From NCBI GenBank assembly GCA_050613775.1, contig JBODTK010000143.1, positions 124,001 to 188,000 of the forward strand: a DNA stretch of 64,000 bases, given 5' to 3'. A model generated the notes under the pieces. It ran no database searches, had not been told where the DNA came from, and worked only from the letters and a program-made list of their open reading frames with translations. Shown here piece by piece: positions 38,644 through 51,421 of the stretch. Position 1 is the stretch's first letter. Every line of letters starts with the position of its first letter. Both the position numbers and the translations under genes were made by a program. This stretch comes from Neocallimastix sp. 'constans'. Its lineage: Eukaryota.

Positions 38644-41019
38644 ATAATAATATTAATTTTAATTATATTATATTTTAAATATAAATAAATTTAATATAAA
38701 AATAAGTATTATAATATAACTAAAATATATATATTTTATTTTAAATATAATAATAAACTATTTCTATATATTTAATTATAATATATACTATAATAAATAC
38801 TAATTTTTAATTATAATAAAATTGTTTTTTTTTTTTTTTTTGGAAATGAATTTTGATCGATTGAAATTACCTTTTATGAAGTCTTTTTTTTATTTAATTA
38901 ATTACAAAAATAGCTATATTAATATTTACATGAGCAGTACGTAATTTTGGTACAGGATTTAGTACGTACCTGCACTATAAAAATAATAATTTAAAATAAC
39001 CATAATAAAATAAATAACTAAAATTAAACTTTATGTTCTAACAATTATTATAGTTAAATATAGAAAATTATTATTATAAAATATGTAAAATAAAATAACT
39101 GTTCTATTTAATATATTATAGAATATATATTAATATATAATTCAAATAAGAAATTATTTTAAGAATTATAATTAAGAAAAGATATAAATTTTATATATAA
39201 TAATTATTAAATTTACTAATATGTTAACTATGTTAACTACACATATTTTCTTTATATCATTATTTAATGTATAAATTTAATTTTAATAGTTTTAACTTTA
39301 ATTAATAATATTTAAGAATAAGTAGGCCTAGTTTCTAATTCTACCATACTTAATTAAGATTATTTGTTATATTATTATTCAACTACTATAAAGTATTATA
39401 TAATTGAAATAGTTATGCCTGAATTATTGAAAATACTGAATTTGAAATGTAATTCATTTATTATTTCAATAGCTTGCTAGACCGATCATGGAAAGGAGAA
39501 AAAAAAAACTTTGATTAGGAGGGATTTTCAAAAAAAAAAAAAAAAAAAAAAGAGCAAACCAAAATTTGGAAGTGAATTGAATCCCTCGATCTCTCCAAGG
39601 TTACCCGAACGTAACCTAACTAACTCGAAATACAATACTAATTATAATTATAAAGAACGCCATGGTTATTGTTTACTGTTAACTACTTTTGAGGAAAAAA
39701 AAAAATAAAAATTTTATATTTATATAAATATTTAAATTTTTTTTTTTTTTTCTTAGCTATGGATATTAAAAAATTCTAAGTTGTGTTTTGTGTTTCAATG
39801 TAAGTGAAAATGTATTATTAAAAAAATGAATTACTATTTTGTCATGAAAATCTTTTTACAACCATTGGTTTATTTAATAAAATAATAATAATATATGAAA
39901 AAAGGAATATATATATATATATATTTTATAATATTTTTTAATTAATAATTATTAATAATTAAATTATAATTAGTGATGAAACTTTAAATAATAATAAATT
40001 AAAATAAATATATTAAAGTTATATAGATTATAAGTATAAAATTATTAAATAGTTAAATAGTAAAAAAATTATATTAATAAAATTATAAAAATAACTTGCA
40101 AATGTAATTGTTTAGAAATGTTAAATACTTTAGTAAAAATTATTGATTATAAAAATTACTTTAATTTATATAACTAATATAAATAGGAATATAAAATATT
40201 TATTTAATAAAATGTTACTAATTGTCCAGTAAAATTAGATAATAATAAAAAAAATGTTTAAAGGTTACTAATTAGCCTGTAAAATTAGACAAGTTTAGTA
40301 GAGGTTTACTAATTACCTTAAGAATTAGTATTATAAGTTTTTATAATAAATAATTAATAACATAAAAGGTTATAAAATAAATTTATTTCTATTGAATGAA
40401 TTTCATTATTTTCTTAATAAATAATTTTATTTAGTATATTAGATAAAGATGGGAAACATGATTTATACCATCTTTTATCATTAGTAATAATAAAATTTTT
40501 ATTATTATTTATTTATTATTTATATTATTATTTAAAATTATTTATTATTTAAAATTATTGTTATTTAAAATTATTTATTATTAAAATTATTTTATTTTAT
40601 TTTTGTATTATTAATATAAAATAAATATAAATGATTGATATAAAATGAAACTTTAAATAATAATAATAATAATAATTAATTAAGAAGTAGAAAATAATTT
40701 AAAAAATTTTTATATTTTTGATTATTATCAAGAAAAACCGATATAAATTGAACTTTTCATAATATATAACACAAAGAATTATTATTTTTAATTTATGTAG
40801 TCATAAAAGTATAAGCAAAAAATAAATATAAATATAAATGGTTTTCTTATATTTGAAAATAAAATAAAATAAAATAAAATAAAATGAAATGAAATGAAAT
40901 AAAATAAAATAAAATAAAATAAAATAAAATAAAATAAAATAATATTAATTAATAACAAAAAAATAAATGTTAGCTGTATCATACTCACCATTATAATATT
41001 TTTATATAAATAAAATGTT

Positions 41020-41051
<32 letters not shown>

Positions 41052-41456
41052 GAAAAAAAGATAATTATTCATTAATAAATAATTTTTTAAAAAAAATATT
41101 GAATTAATTAAAAAAATAATAATAATAATAATAATTAATTCCCTTGATATATATATTATCTATAGATTTAATATTTATATATAATATAAAAATAATGAAA
41201 TAACACTATAAAAAGCAATATCCAGGAGAATTTTTTTTTTTAATTATAAAAAAAATAAAAAAAAAAAATAATTAAAAAAATCCTCGATATGGCACAAATA
41301 AGCACTGAGATTTTCTATTCTGGGGTATCATACGACCACAGTGGTATCCAAAAGGCTTTCTCTTATTATCATTATTATTATTATCATTTTTATTATTATT
41401 ACTATTATTATTATTATTATTATTATTATTTTATTAGTATTTTTATTTTTATTTTT

Positions 41457-41868
41457 ATTCTTATTCTTATTCTTATTCTTATTCTTATTCTTATTCTTAT
41501 TCTTATTCTTATTCTTATTCTTATTCTTATTCTTATTCTTATTCTTATTCTTATTCTTATTCTTATTCTTATTCTTATTCTTATTCTTATTCTTATTCTT
41601 ATTCTTATTCTTATTCTTATTCTTATTCTTATTCTTATTCTTATTCTTATTCTTATTCTTATTCTTATTCTTATTCTTATTCTTATTCTTATTCTTATTC
41701 TTATTCTTATTCTTATTCTTATTCTTATTCTTATTCTTATTCTTATTCTTATTCTTATTCTTATTCTTATTCTTATTCTTATTCTTATTCTTATTCTTAT
41801 TCTTATTCTTATTCTTATTCTTATTCTTATTCTTATTCTTATTCTTATTCTTATTCTTATTCTTATTC

Positions 41869-41933
<65 letters not shown>
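41457..41933. repeat. Pure (ATTCTT)n hexamer tract (~69 copies) running into (ATT)n
   Basis: Directly visible. It accounts for the ILILIL and FLFLFL ORFs. Confidence 0.97.
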
Positions 41934-42571
41934 GTTAAGAGTTTGAAATTTATGATTTATTATTATATCTATTTTTTTAATATATTTTATGATAAATTTA
42001 TGGTTTTATAATATATCATTTTTATTAATATAATTTATGATTAAGAGTTTCTCGTACTTTATTCTTTTTTAAATTATATTGGCTTATACATTATATTACA
42101 TTAGGTTTCAACCCATTTTGAAGCAAAATTTTCATATAGCTCACATAGTCTAACCTTCCACCTTAAACTTAGTTATACTTATAATGAATAAATTGGTTTA
42201 CTGTGAAATATGTGTATATAAAACTATCCTATTCTATTATTTTAACTTGATATTATTAAACGATTATTCATTTCTTTTCTAAATTAACCTTTAACTTTAC
42301 AGGAATTACATTAATTTTATATGATATTAACATCTTTAATTCAATTTAAATATGGCTAAAATAATTTTCTTTAAATATATTTGTAAATCTAATAATTTTC
42401 CCCATAAAACTAAATATTTAATATTATTACGTCATTTATATTAGATGTTTTTAAAACATCTCTTATAATATATGGTTTTTTATATTATCATTTATATGAT
42501 GGAAAGCATTTCTCTTTGAAGGGTGATATTATATCATCTCAATTTATGTGAATATCTCTTATATATATTAA

Positions 42572-42607
<36 letters not shown>

Positions 42608-44154
42608 TTTCAATTATAATCAGCTTTGAAGTTAAAACGTTAACTTTTATATATATATATATTTAAGTTTTAGTGATTAACTATTAAAACAAATTATTTA
42701 TTATACATAGGTGTACTTGATAAATTATAATCTTGGGGTATTAATTTGATTATATTTGAAAAAACTAATTATATTATTCCAGCCATTTAAACTTATTAGT
42801 AAATAAATATAAAATTATTTCCTAATTTAATAATATTTAATATTTCAGTTAATTTTCTTCTTGTAGGCTAATATTCTCTAATTTTCTCAATTTCGGTTAT
42901 TTTTTTTTATTCATGTCCAAAGTAAAGATGATTTTTAAATAATCATCATATGGAATCAGTTATATAACTTTCCTTTCATAGTTGATGTTCTTTTATTTTG
43001 TTTTTCCTATTTCCACCAAAAATCCAAATTTCTAAAAAGGATTTTATATAGATATGAATTTTTTCATCATTAAAATATTAATGATAGAAATTTAATGATG
43101 ATAATGATAATAACTTTAAAATTACTTTGCCATCAATAAGTATAGTTTGTTGATGAAATAAACGTCATCTAGTGGTATATAACTCTTGGTTATATTTATT
43201 ATTTTATTATACCTTTCATCATGAAGGTATGTATTATGATTATAATTAAATTAGTTATTTTTAAACCCATTTCACTCTAGGTTTAATGAGAACTATTATT
43301 GTTAGAACGCACCCATTTCATGCTAGGAATTATCATTTTATTGTATTTCCCTTGAACATTTTGGATCAGTTTCATTATTCTTCTTCAAATTGACATAATG
43401 AGCAGCTTTTATCATAATTTAAAAATTCCATTTTTATTTTTCTTTGATATAATATGATCTCCTCACCGGTAAACGATTATTTTTGTTAGGAATCTTTCTT
43501 AAGAGTCAGTTGAGACTCTTAGATTGTTAATAGTCAAGCACTCATGGATTATAATTATATCAATTTTATTAATATAATTTATGATAAAGAGCTTACTTGC
43601 ATATTCTAACAAATATTATTATTAATTAATATTAATTATTATTATTATTAATTATTATTATTATTATTAATTATTAGTTATTATTATTGATTATTATTAT
43701 TAAATATTATTATTATTATTATTTTATTATTATTATTATTTATTTTATTATTATTATTATTTATTTTATAATTATTATTATTATTATTATTATTTATTAT
43801 TTATTATTTTATTATTATTTATTGTTTGAATATTAATTTAAATAAATTATAAATATTTCCCTTTTTTATTTTTTTTTTTCCCTTGTCAAGTTTTTTTTTT
43901 TTTTTGGTCTACTTAAAGTTTATGGAACTTTTTTTATATATTTATTTTAAATATATTTAAACCTATACTTCTATATATATTAATTTATATTATAATATAT
44001 GTATAATTTATTTAAGAATTGAAATAAATAAAATTAAAATAAATTAAAAGAAGAAAAAAAAATTTTTTTTTTTTCTTTTTCGAACAATTTATAATAGAAA
44101 TTTTACAATTTCAGACATAAGAAAATTAAATCAGTTTTATAAAAATTTTAAATA

Positions 44155-45335
44155 TAATAAATAATAAATAAATAAATAATAAATAATAAATAATAAATAA
44201 TAATAAAAAGATTATTTATTAATAGTTAATAAATAATAAATAATAAATAATAAATAATAATAAAAAGATTATTTATTAATAGTTAATAAATAATAAATAA
44301 TAAATAATAAATAATAAATAATAAATAATAAATAATAATAAAAAGATTATTTATTAATAGTTAATAAATAATAAATAATAAATAATAATAAAAAGATTAT
44401 TTATTAATAGTTAATAAATAATAAATAATAAATAATAAATAATAAATAATAATAAAAAGATTATTTATTAATAGTTAATAAATAATAAATAATAAATAAT
44501 AAATAATAAATAATAAATAATAAATAATAATAAAAAGATTATTTATTAATAGTTAATAAATAATAAATAATAAATAATAAATAATAATAAAAAGATTATT
44601 TATTAATAGTTAATAAATAATAAATAATAAATAATAAATAATAATAAAAAGATTATTTATTAATAGTTAATAAATAATAAATAATAAATAATAAATAATA
44701 AATAATAAATAATAATAAAAAGATTATTTATTAATAGTTAATAAATAATAAATAATAAATAATAATAAAAAGATTATTTATTAATAGTTAATAAATAATA
44801 AATAATAAATAATAAATAATAAATAATAATAAAAAGATTATTTATTAATAGTTAATAAATAATAAATAATAAATAATAATAAAAAGATTATTTATTAATA
44901 GTTAATAAATAATAAATAATAAATAATAAATAATAAATAATAATAAAAAGATTATTTATTAATAGTTAATAAATAATAAATAATAAATAATAATAAAAAG
45001 ATTATTTATTAATAGTTAATAAATAATAAATAATAAATAATAATAAAAAGATTATTTATTAATAGTTAATAAATAATAAATAATAAATAATAAATAATAA
45101 ATAATAAATAATAATAAAAAGATTATTTATTAATAGTTAATAAATAATAAATAATAAATAATAATAAAAAGATTATTTATTAATAGTTAATAAATAATAA
45201 ATAATAAATAATAATAAAAAGATTATTTATTAATAGTTAATAAATAATAAATAATAAATAATAATAAAAAGATTATTTATTAATAGTTAATAAATAATAA
45301 AAAAAAGATTATTTATTAATAGTTAATAAATAATA
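44155..45335. repeat. Compound satellite: about 20 copies of AAAAGATTATTTATTAATAGTT separated by variable numbers of AATAAAT heptamers
   Basis: Directly visible. Confidence 0.95.
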
Positions 45336-46278
45336 AAGAATAATAATTATTAAATATTAAATATTAAATATTAAATATTAAATAATAAATATTAAATAAT
45401 AAATATTAAATAATAAATAATAATAATTAAATAATTGAATAACTACTAATAATAATAAAATAATAGATGTAAATATGATAAGGTTGAATATAAATAAAAA
45501 TAAACAATTGTAACAAAAGTCATTATTAGAAATTATAGATTGAGTAGTAAGAATAAAAATAATATTTCCTATGAATAAATATACAACTATTACTATTAAT
45601 TCATTATTATTTAAGTATTATTAATAAATAAAATTTTATTTTTTTATTTAATAATTTTTTTAAATCAAAAAAAAAAAAAAAAAAAAATTAAAAATTAAAA
45701 ATTATTGTCCCTTTTAATTGTCCCTTTTATTTTAAATAAGTAAATAAATAAATAAATAAATAAATAAATTATTATTATTATTATTATTATCACTATTTTA
45801 AATTTTACAAATAATTGAAGTGGATTAAAATTTTTTATTATTTAAAACACTTTAAATTTTAATATTCATTTCTATCTGTTTATATGAATGAAAATAAAAA
45901 ACAACAATATTATAATTGTTATAATTATTTATTTATATTAATAATATTTTAATAATAAAATTAAAATTAAATATAAATAATGAAGTGGATTAGGATTTTT
46001 GATTAATAGAATGTCATTAATAGACAGACAAATATATATATATATAAATTTATTTATATATGAAATAAAGGTAATGAATATTGAAATACTTTAAATAATA
46101 AATTTATCTTATAGAATAGTCTTATAGTGTTAACTCTACCAGTTATAATAATACTGATAGTAATTGATATCATATACATTATTATTTATATTATTATTAA
46201 TTAATGGAATAAAAAATTATTATTATCATCCAAGATTAAAAAAAAAAAAAAAAAGGAACAGTTCATCCATTAAAAAGT

Positions 46279-46311
<33 letters not shown>

Positions 46312-46809
46312 AGATGAGGTATGTTTCTGTTCACTATTCTAATATCACTTTCTCTTTCTCTTTTCTCTTTTTAATTTTTAATTTCAAATATTTAAATATA
46401 ATATAAATAAAATAGATTAGTAATGGTGCATTTTGTTGTATATCTTTATATTTGTTATATAAATTAGTTAATTAGTTAGTGTCATTTTTACAAGGTACAA
46501 GAATAAATTAAAGAAATTTAATATTAGTTTAATATTCTTTCCTTTCTTTCTTTCCTTCTTTCTTTCTTTTTTTATCTTTCTTCTATTCTCTATTTTAATT
46601 TTTTTTTTTTCCATTTTGAAACATTAATTAAAAAAAAAAAATTTTTTTTTTTGAAATATTTCTTTTGCATCCCATCAGAAATTAAAATGATTTCATTTTA
46701 TAACAGATAATTTCCTTTTTAAGAATTTTTTTAATTTATTAACATTTATATGAAAAAATTTTTTTTTTTTTTTTTAGATCTTCATATAATAATAGAATAA
46801 TTAAATAAT

Positions 46810-47295
46810 TGATAATAAATGATGGAATAATAAATCATAAATAATAAATAATAAATAATATATAATATATAATAAATAATAATAAATAAATAATATATTA
46901 TAAATAATAAATACTATATAATAAATAATAAATAATATATAATAAATAATAAATAATAAATAATAATAAATAATAAATAATAAGAAATAAATAATAAATA
47001 ATAAATAATAAATAATAAATAATAAATAATAAATAATAAATAATAAATAATAAATAATAAATAATATATAATAAATAATAAAAAATAATAAATAATATAT
47101 AATATATAATAAATAATATATAATAAATAATAAATAGTGGAATAATAAATAATAAATAATAAGTAATAAATAATGGAATAATCAATAATCAATAATCAAT
47201 AATCAATAATCAATAATCAATAATGGAATAATAAATAATGGAATAATATATATATAATGGAATAATAAATAATAAATGATTAAATAATAAATAAA
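46810..47295. repeat. Degenerate heptamer microsatellite (AATAAAT with AATCAAT and AATGGAAT variants)
   Basis: Directly visible. It accounts for the IIYYLLF ORFs. Confidence 0.85.
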
Positions 47296-47329
47296 TCTTT
47301 AATAAAAGTTTTTTTAATATAATTGGAAA

Positions 47330-47360
<31 letters not shown>

Positions 47361-48644
47361 AAGAAATTTGAGAAATGAATTTTATGAATAAATTATAATA
47401 TATTGAATAGATCATCCATATTGAATAGATTACTTAAAATAATTTAAAATAAAATATTAATGGTTAATAAAAAAGAACTTAATTACTTTCTTTTATTGAT
47501 ATTATTACTCCAATATTTAGATGATAATGACCTTTTTTTTTTTTGTGTATATATATAAATTATGTTCCATTGGTTAATGGTGTGGATGCAATAATTAATT
47601 ATTAATTATCATTTTTTCTTTATGGACATTAATTTTAAGGTAGTTTCATGTTATTTTTTTTTTTTTTTGGTTTGTGTGAGTATTTACTAAAAAATAAAAT
47701 AAAATAAAAAATATAAGTATAAACAAAAAGAAAAAGAAAACAAAAAGCATTAAAAAAATAAAAAATAAAAATAATCATATAAATTATGCATGCAGAAACT
47801 AAACCACTTCCTCTTAAATTGTTGGTTGGAGTAAAGAAGGACTCATCAGTCAAAGCTTTTGGTTCATCGTTTTAGATTTCAAATCCTACCAAAAAAAAAA
47901 AAAATTAATAGAATGATTTTAAAATTTTAAAAATTTAAAAAAAAATAAAAATAAAAAAAAAGTTTTGTATATGTAACCAATAATTATTCATATATTATAG
48001 TTTATTCATTTATTTATGGTTAATTTTGTTACAGAAAAAAAAAATTTGCATCCCTTTTGAAGGGTTCTTTAGAGACTAACAAAAAATTAACCATGAAAAT
48101 AAAAATGAATAATAAAAAAAGTCTATTTATTAATAAATATTTAATCGTCAATAATTAAAATCAATACATTCATTAATAACTATTCAATGGCGAATAATGA
48201 AAAACAAATACATTCCTTAATAAATTTTTAATATTAAATAGAATTAATAATAAAATATTTTATTTAATTATTTTTTGTTTTGTTTTGTTTTGTAACTTTT
48301 GTTTTATATTTTTTCCATATCAATAAAAAAAAAAAATAAAAAAAAAATAAACTTTTTATCATTAATTAAATTTTTTTTATTTTGTTTCCCTTTTTGTGTA
48401 TTTTTTTTTATTTTTTAATAATGCAATATATTATGTAATATATTATGTAATATATTATATTGAATTAAAACCATACCAATGAAGTTGGAATTAATGGTAA
48501 GGAAAATATGGATTTATTAATTTTTTATTTAATAATTAATATATTCATTCATTGATATTTTATGAATTATATTAATAATTCAGCTAGTAATTTATTTAAA
48601 TAGTTAATATTTATTTATTTCATAAAACTATAGAAAAATTTGAA

Positions 48645-48985
48645 TCTAGTGGGTTTTAAAACGTGGCGTAATTTTTATATGTGGCTTGTTTTTAAATATT
48701 AAAATAAATAATAATTAAATTAATAATTAAATAAATAATAAATATTTTTTTATATATATAATTTATTAATATTCAATTATAAAAATAATTTTTTATATTC
48801 TTTTTTAATAGAATATATTATTATTTCTTTTGAAATAGTTATTTAATATTACTTAATTGAAAAAATATATTATTATTTCTTTAAAAATAATTATTTATAT
48901 ATTTATTTATGATTGTATATAATATCTTAAAAATGTATGGCTTTATTTAAAAAACACATACGCCACATTACGAAATGCACTCCCC
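48645..48985. mobile_element. Solo MULE-type terminus or non-autonomous relic
   Basis: It ends in TACGCCACATTACGAAATGCACTCCCC, which resembles the CGAAATGCACACTCCC right TIR at 15464-15479. It also contains GTGGCGTA and GTGGCTT motifs. Confidence 0.55.
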
Positions 48986-51118
48986 AAAAATTTCAATTAA
49001 AACTAACCCTTTATTTAAATAAATTTTTATTTTATTATATAATTTAATTTACTTTATATTTATTTATTTATTTATTTAGTTATTTATTTATTTATTTAGT
49101 TAATGATTAATCTTTATTTCTTTTTTTTTCTTTTTATATTAATAAATAAACTTTTTCACTTTGCATTTTTTCTTTTTCTCATAGTTTCTTTTTTCTTTCA
49201 TTTATAAAAAGTTTTAAACATTTTTTCAACCTTTTAAAAACTCTATTTCATAATTAATTGGATAAACAAACTTTATTTAATAATGAAAATATAGTAACTA
49301 AACTCTATTTAATAATAAATTCATAATCATAATAGTAAACAAACTTTATTCAATAATAAATTCATCATCATTCATCAGAAAAACTTTTTTAATCTTTTTT
49401 AATTAATAAAAATAAAATATTAATTAATTACAAGAAAATTTTAATTAATTAAAAAATAATCTTAATTCATAACAAATGAATTTTAATTCATAATTAATAA
49501 ATGAATAAATAAATAGATTGTAAATAAATATTAAGTAATAATAAATAAATGAATAAATAAATAAAAAGTTTTATATACATTTTATAAATATTAACATATA
49601 GAAATAAATTAAATTCAAATTAATTAAAATAAAAAATAAAATAAGGAAATATAAACTATAAAAAATAATTATAAAATATAAAATATGGAAATATAAAATA
49701 AATATAAAAATATAATTATAAATATAATTATAAATAAATTATAAAATAAATAAATCAATATAATAATAAAATATAAATATTTATAAAATATAAATAATAA
49801 TAAATAATAATTATCATAAATAATTATAAATAATAATAAAATTAATTATAAAAAAAAAATGTCAATCATTCACTCATATTATTATTATCATTTTAATTAA
49901 TTAATTAATTAATTAAAAAAGAAAAAAGAAAAAAAAAAAAAAAGTATAAAATATAAAAAAAAAAAAATTATAAATATAAAAAAGGTTTTTCCTTTTTATT
50001 TTTCTTATCTCTTCTTTCATTTTATTTAAAGCTTTTTTTTTCTTTGTTTATTCTCTAATATTAAAAAGCTTTTATTGTTTTTTTTATTTTTTTACTTTTA
50101 TTTTATTTTATTTGATTATTTATTTTATTTTATATAAACTTAATAGAAAAAAAAAATAAAATAAAATAAAAATAGTATAAGAAATTATGTATTTAATAAT
50201 AATTTAAATATATTTTTAGAATTTAGAAAAAAAAAAATAAAGTCTTATTTATAAAAATAATTAGTTAATAGAAAGTAAATTTAAAAAAAGTAATTTATTG
50301 TAAATAAAAATAATAAATTATTTTTAATATTAAAAAAAAAAAAAAAAAAAGATATTATATATATATGTATATATAAATATAAAATAAAAAAACTTTTTAT
50401 AATTATAATAAAAAAAAAAAAAGAAAGAATTTTATTTTCTCTTATTATTATTTTTTTTATGTATAATACCTTAAAATACTGCTATAATAATTACAAATAA
50501 ACAAAAATAGTAATTTTAAATAAGAGAATAATTAATAATAATATAAAAACACATAATATAAACTTAATTTAAATAATAAAATATAAAATATATATATATA
50601 TTTAGTGATATTTATTATATATATGTATTAGTTTTCCGAATTTTGAAAAGATTTATTTCTTTTTTTTTTTTTTTTTTTTTTTTTATTAGTTATATAATAA
50701 TAATTAATTTAAAGAAAAATAAAAAAGATATAAATCTAAAAATTAATAAAAAAAAAATAATAATAAAATATTAATAGAAAATAAATGAATAAATAAATAA
50801 GCTAAGAAAAAAATTAATTTTATAAGTTTTTAATTATAAATTTTTACCATAGTATTATTAAACCTTTACATTATAATGTATTTTTAATAATATTAAAACT
50901 AATAATAATAATAATAAAGAATACAATAATTAGTATTTTTATGTATATAAGGTTATAAGATTTTTTTTATTAAAAAAAAATATTTTCAAAACAAAAATAT
51001 ACAAAATAAAATAAAATATAATAATTAATAAAAAATTTAGTAGATAGTATTATTGTTAAAAAATAATTAGTAAAAAGCAAATAAATTCATAATATTTATT
51101 TACTTAAAAAAGAATTAA

Positions 51119-51160
<42 letters not shown>

Positions 51161-51421
51161 TACTTAAAAGTAATAATAATATATGTATAAAGTTTAATAA
51201 TTTAAATATTTTTAAATTAATTATTTCAATAAAACAAATACTATCTTTTATTTTGTTTTTAAAAAAAGAATTAAGGTAATATATATTATTTTTCATTCAG
51301 TTTGAGATAAGATATATTTATATTTTTTCCCCATAAATATAAATAAAATTATAAAGAATTTAATAATATTAAAATTATTTTTATAATTTTTTTTTCCTTT
51401 AAATATATAGATTTGAACAAA

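Noticed and set aside
38930..39700. GC-richer islands with partial palindromes (AGTACGTA) as a possible RNA gene or TE end
   Set aside because: No cloverleaf, A/B boxes, TIR partner or TSD could be identified by eye.
41289..42011. ORFs of 240 and 201 aa
   Set aside because: Stop-free translations of (ATTCTT)n and (ATT)n. The tract is interstitial, so it is not called telomeric either.
44155..45335. Possible CRISPR array
   Set aside because: The spacers are all the same heptamer repeat in varying number, so this is a compound satellite.
47780..47890. Coding-like fragment NDEPKALTDESFFTPTNNLRGSGLVSAC
   Set aside because: Too short, preceded by a stop, and no family recognised.
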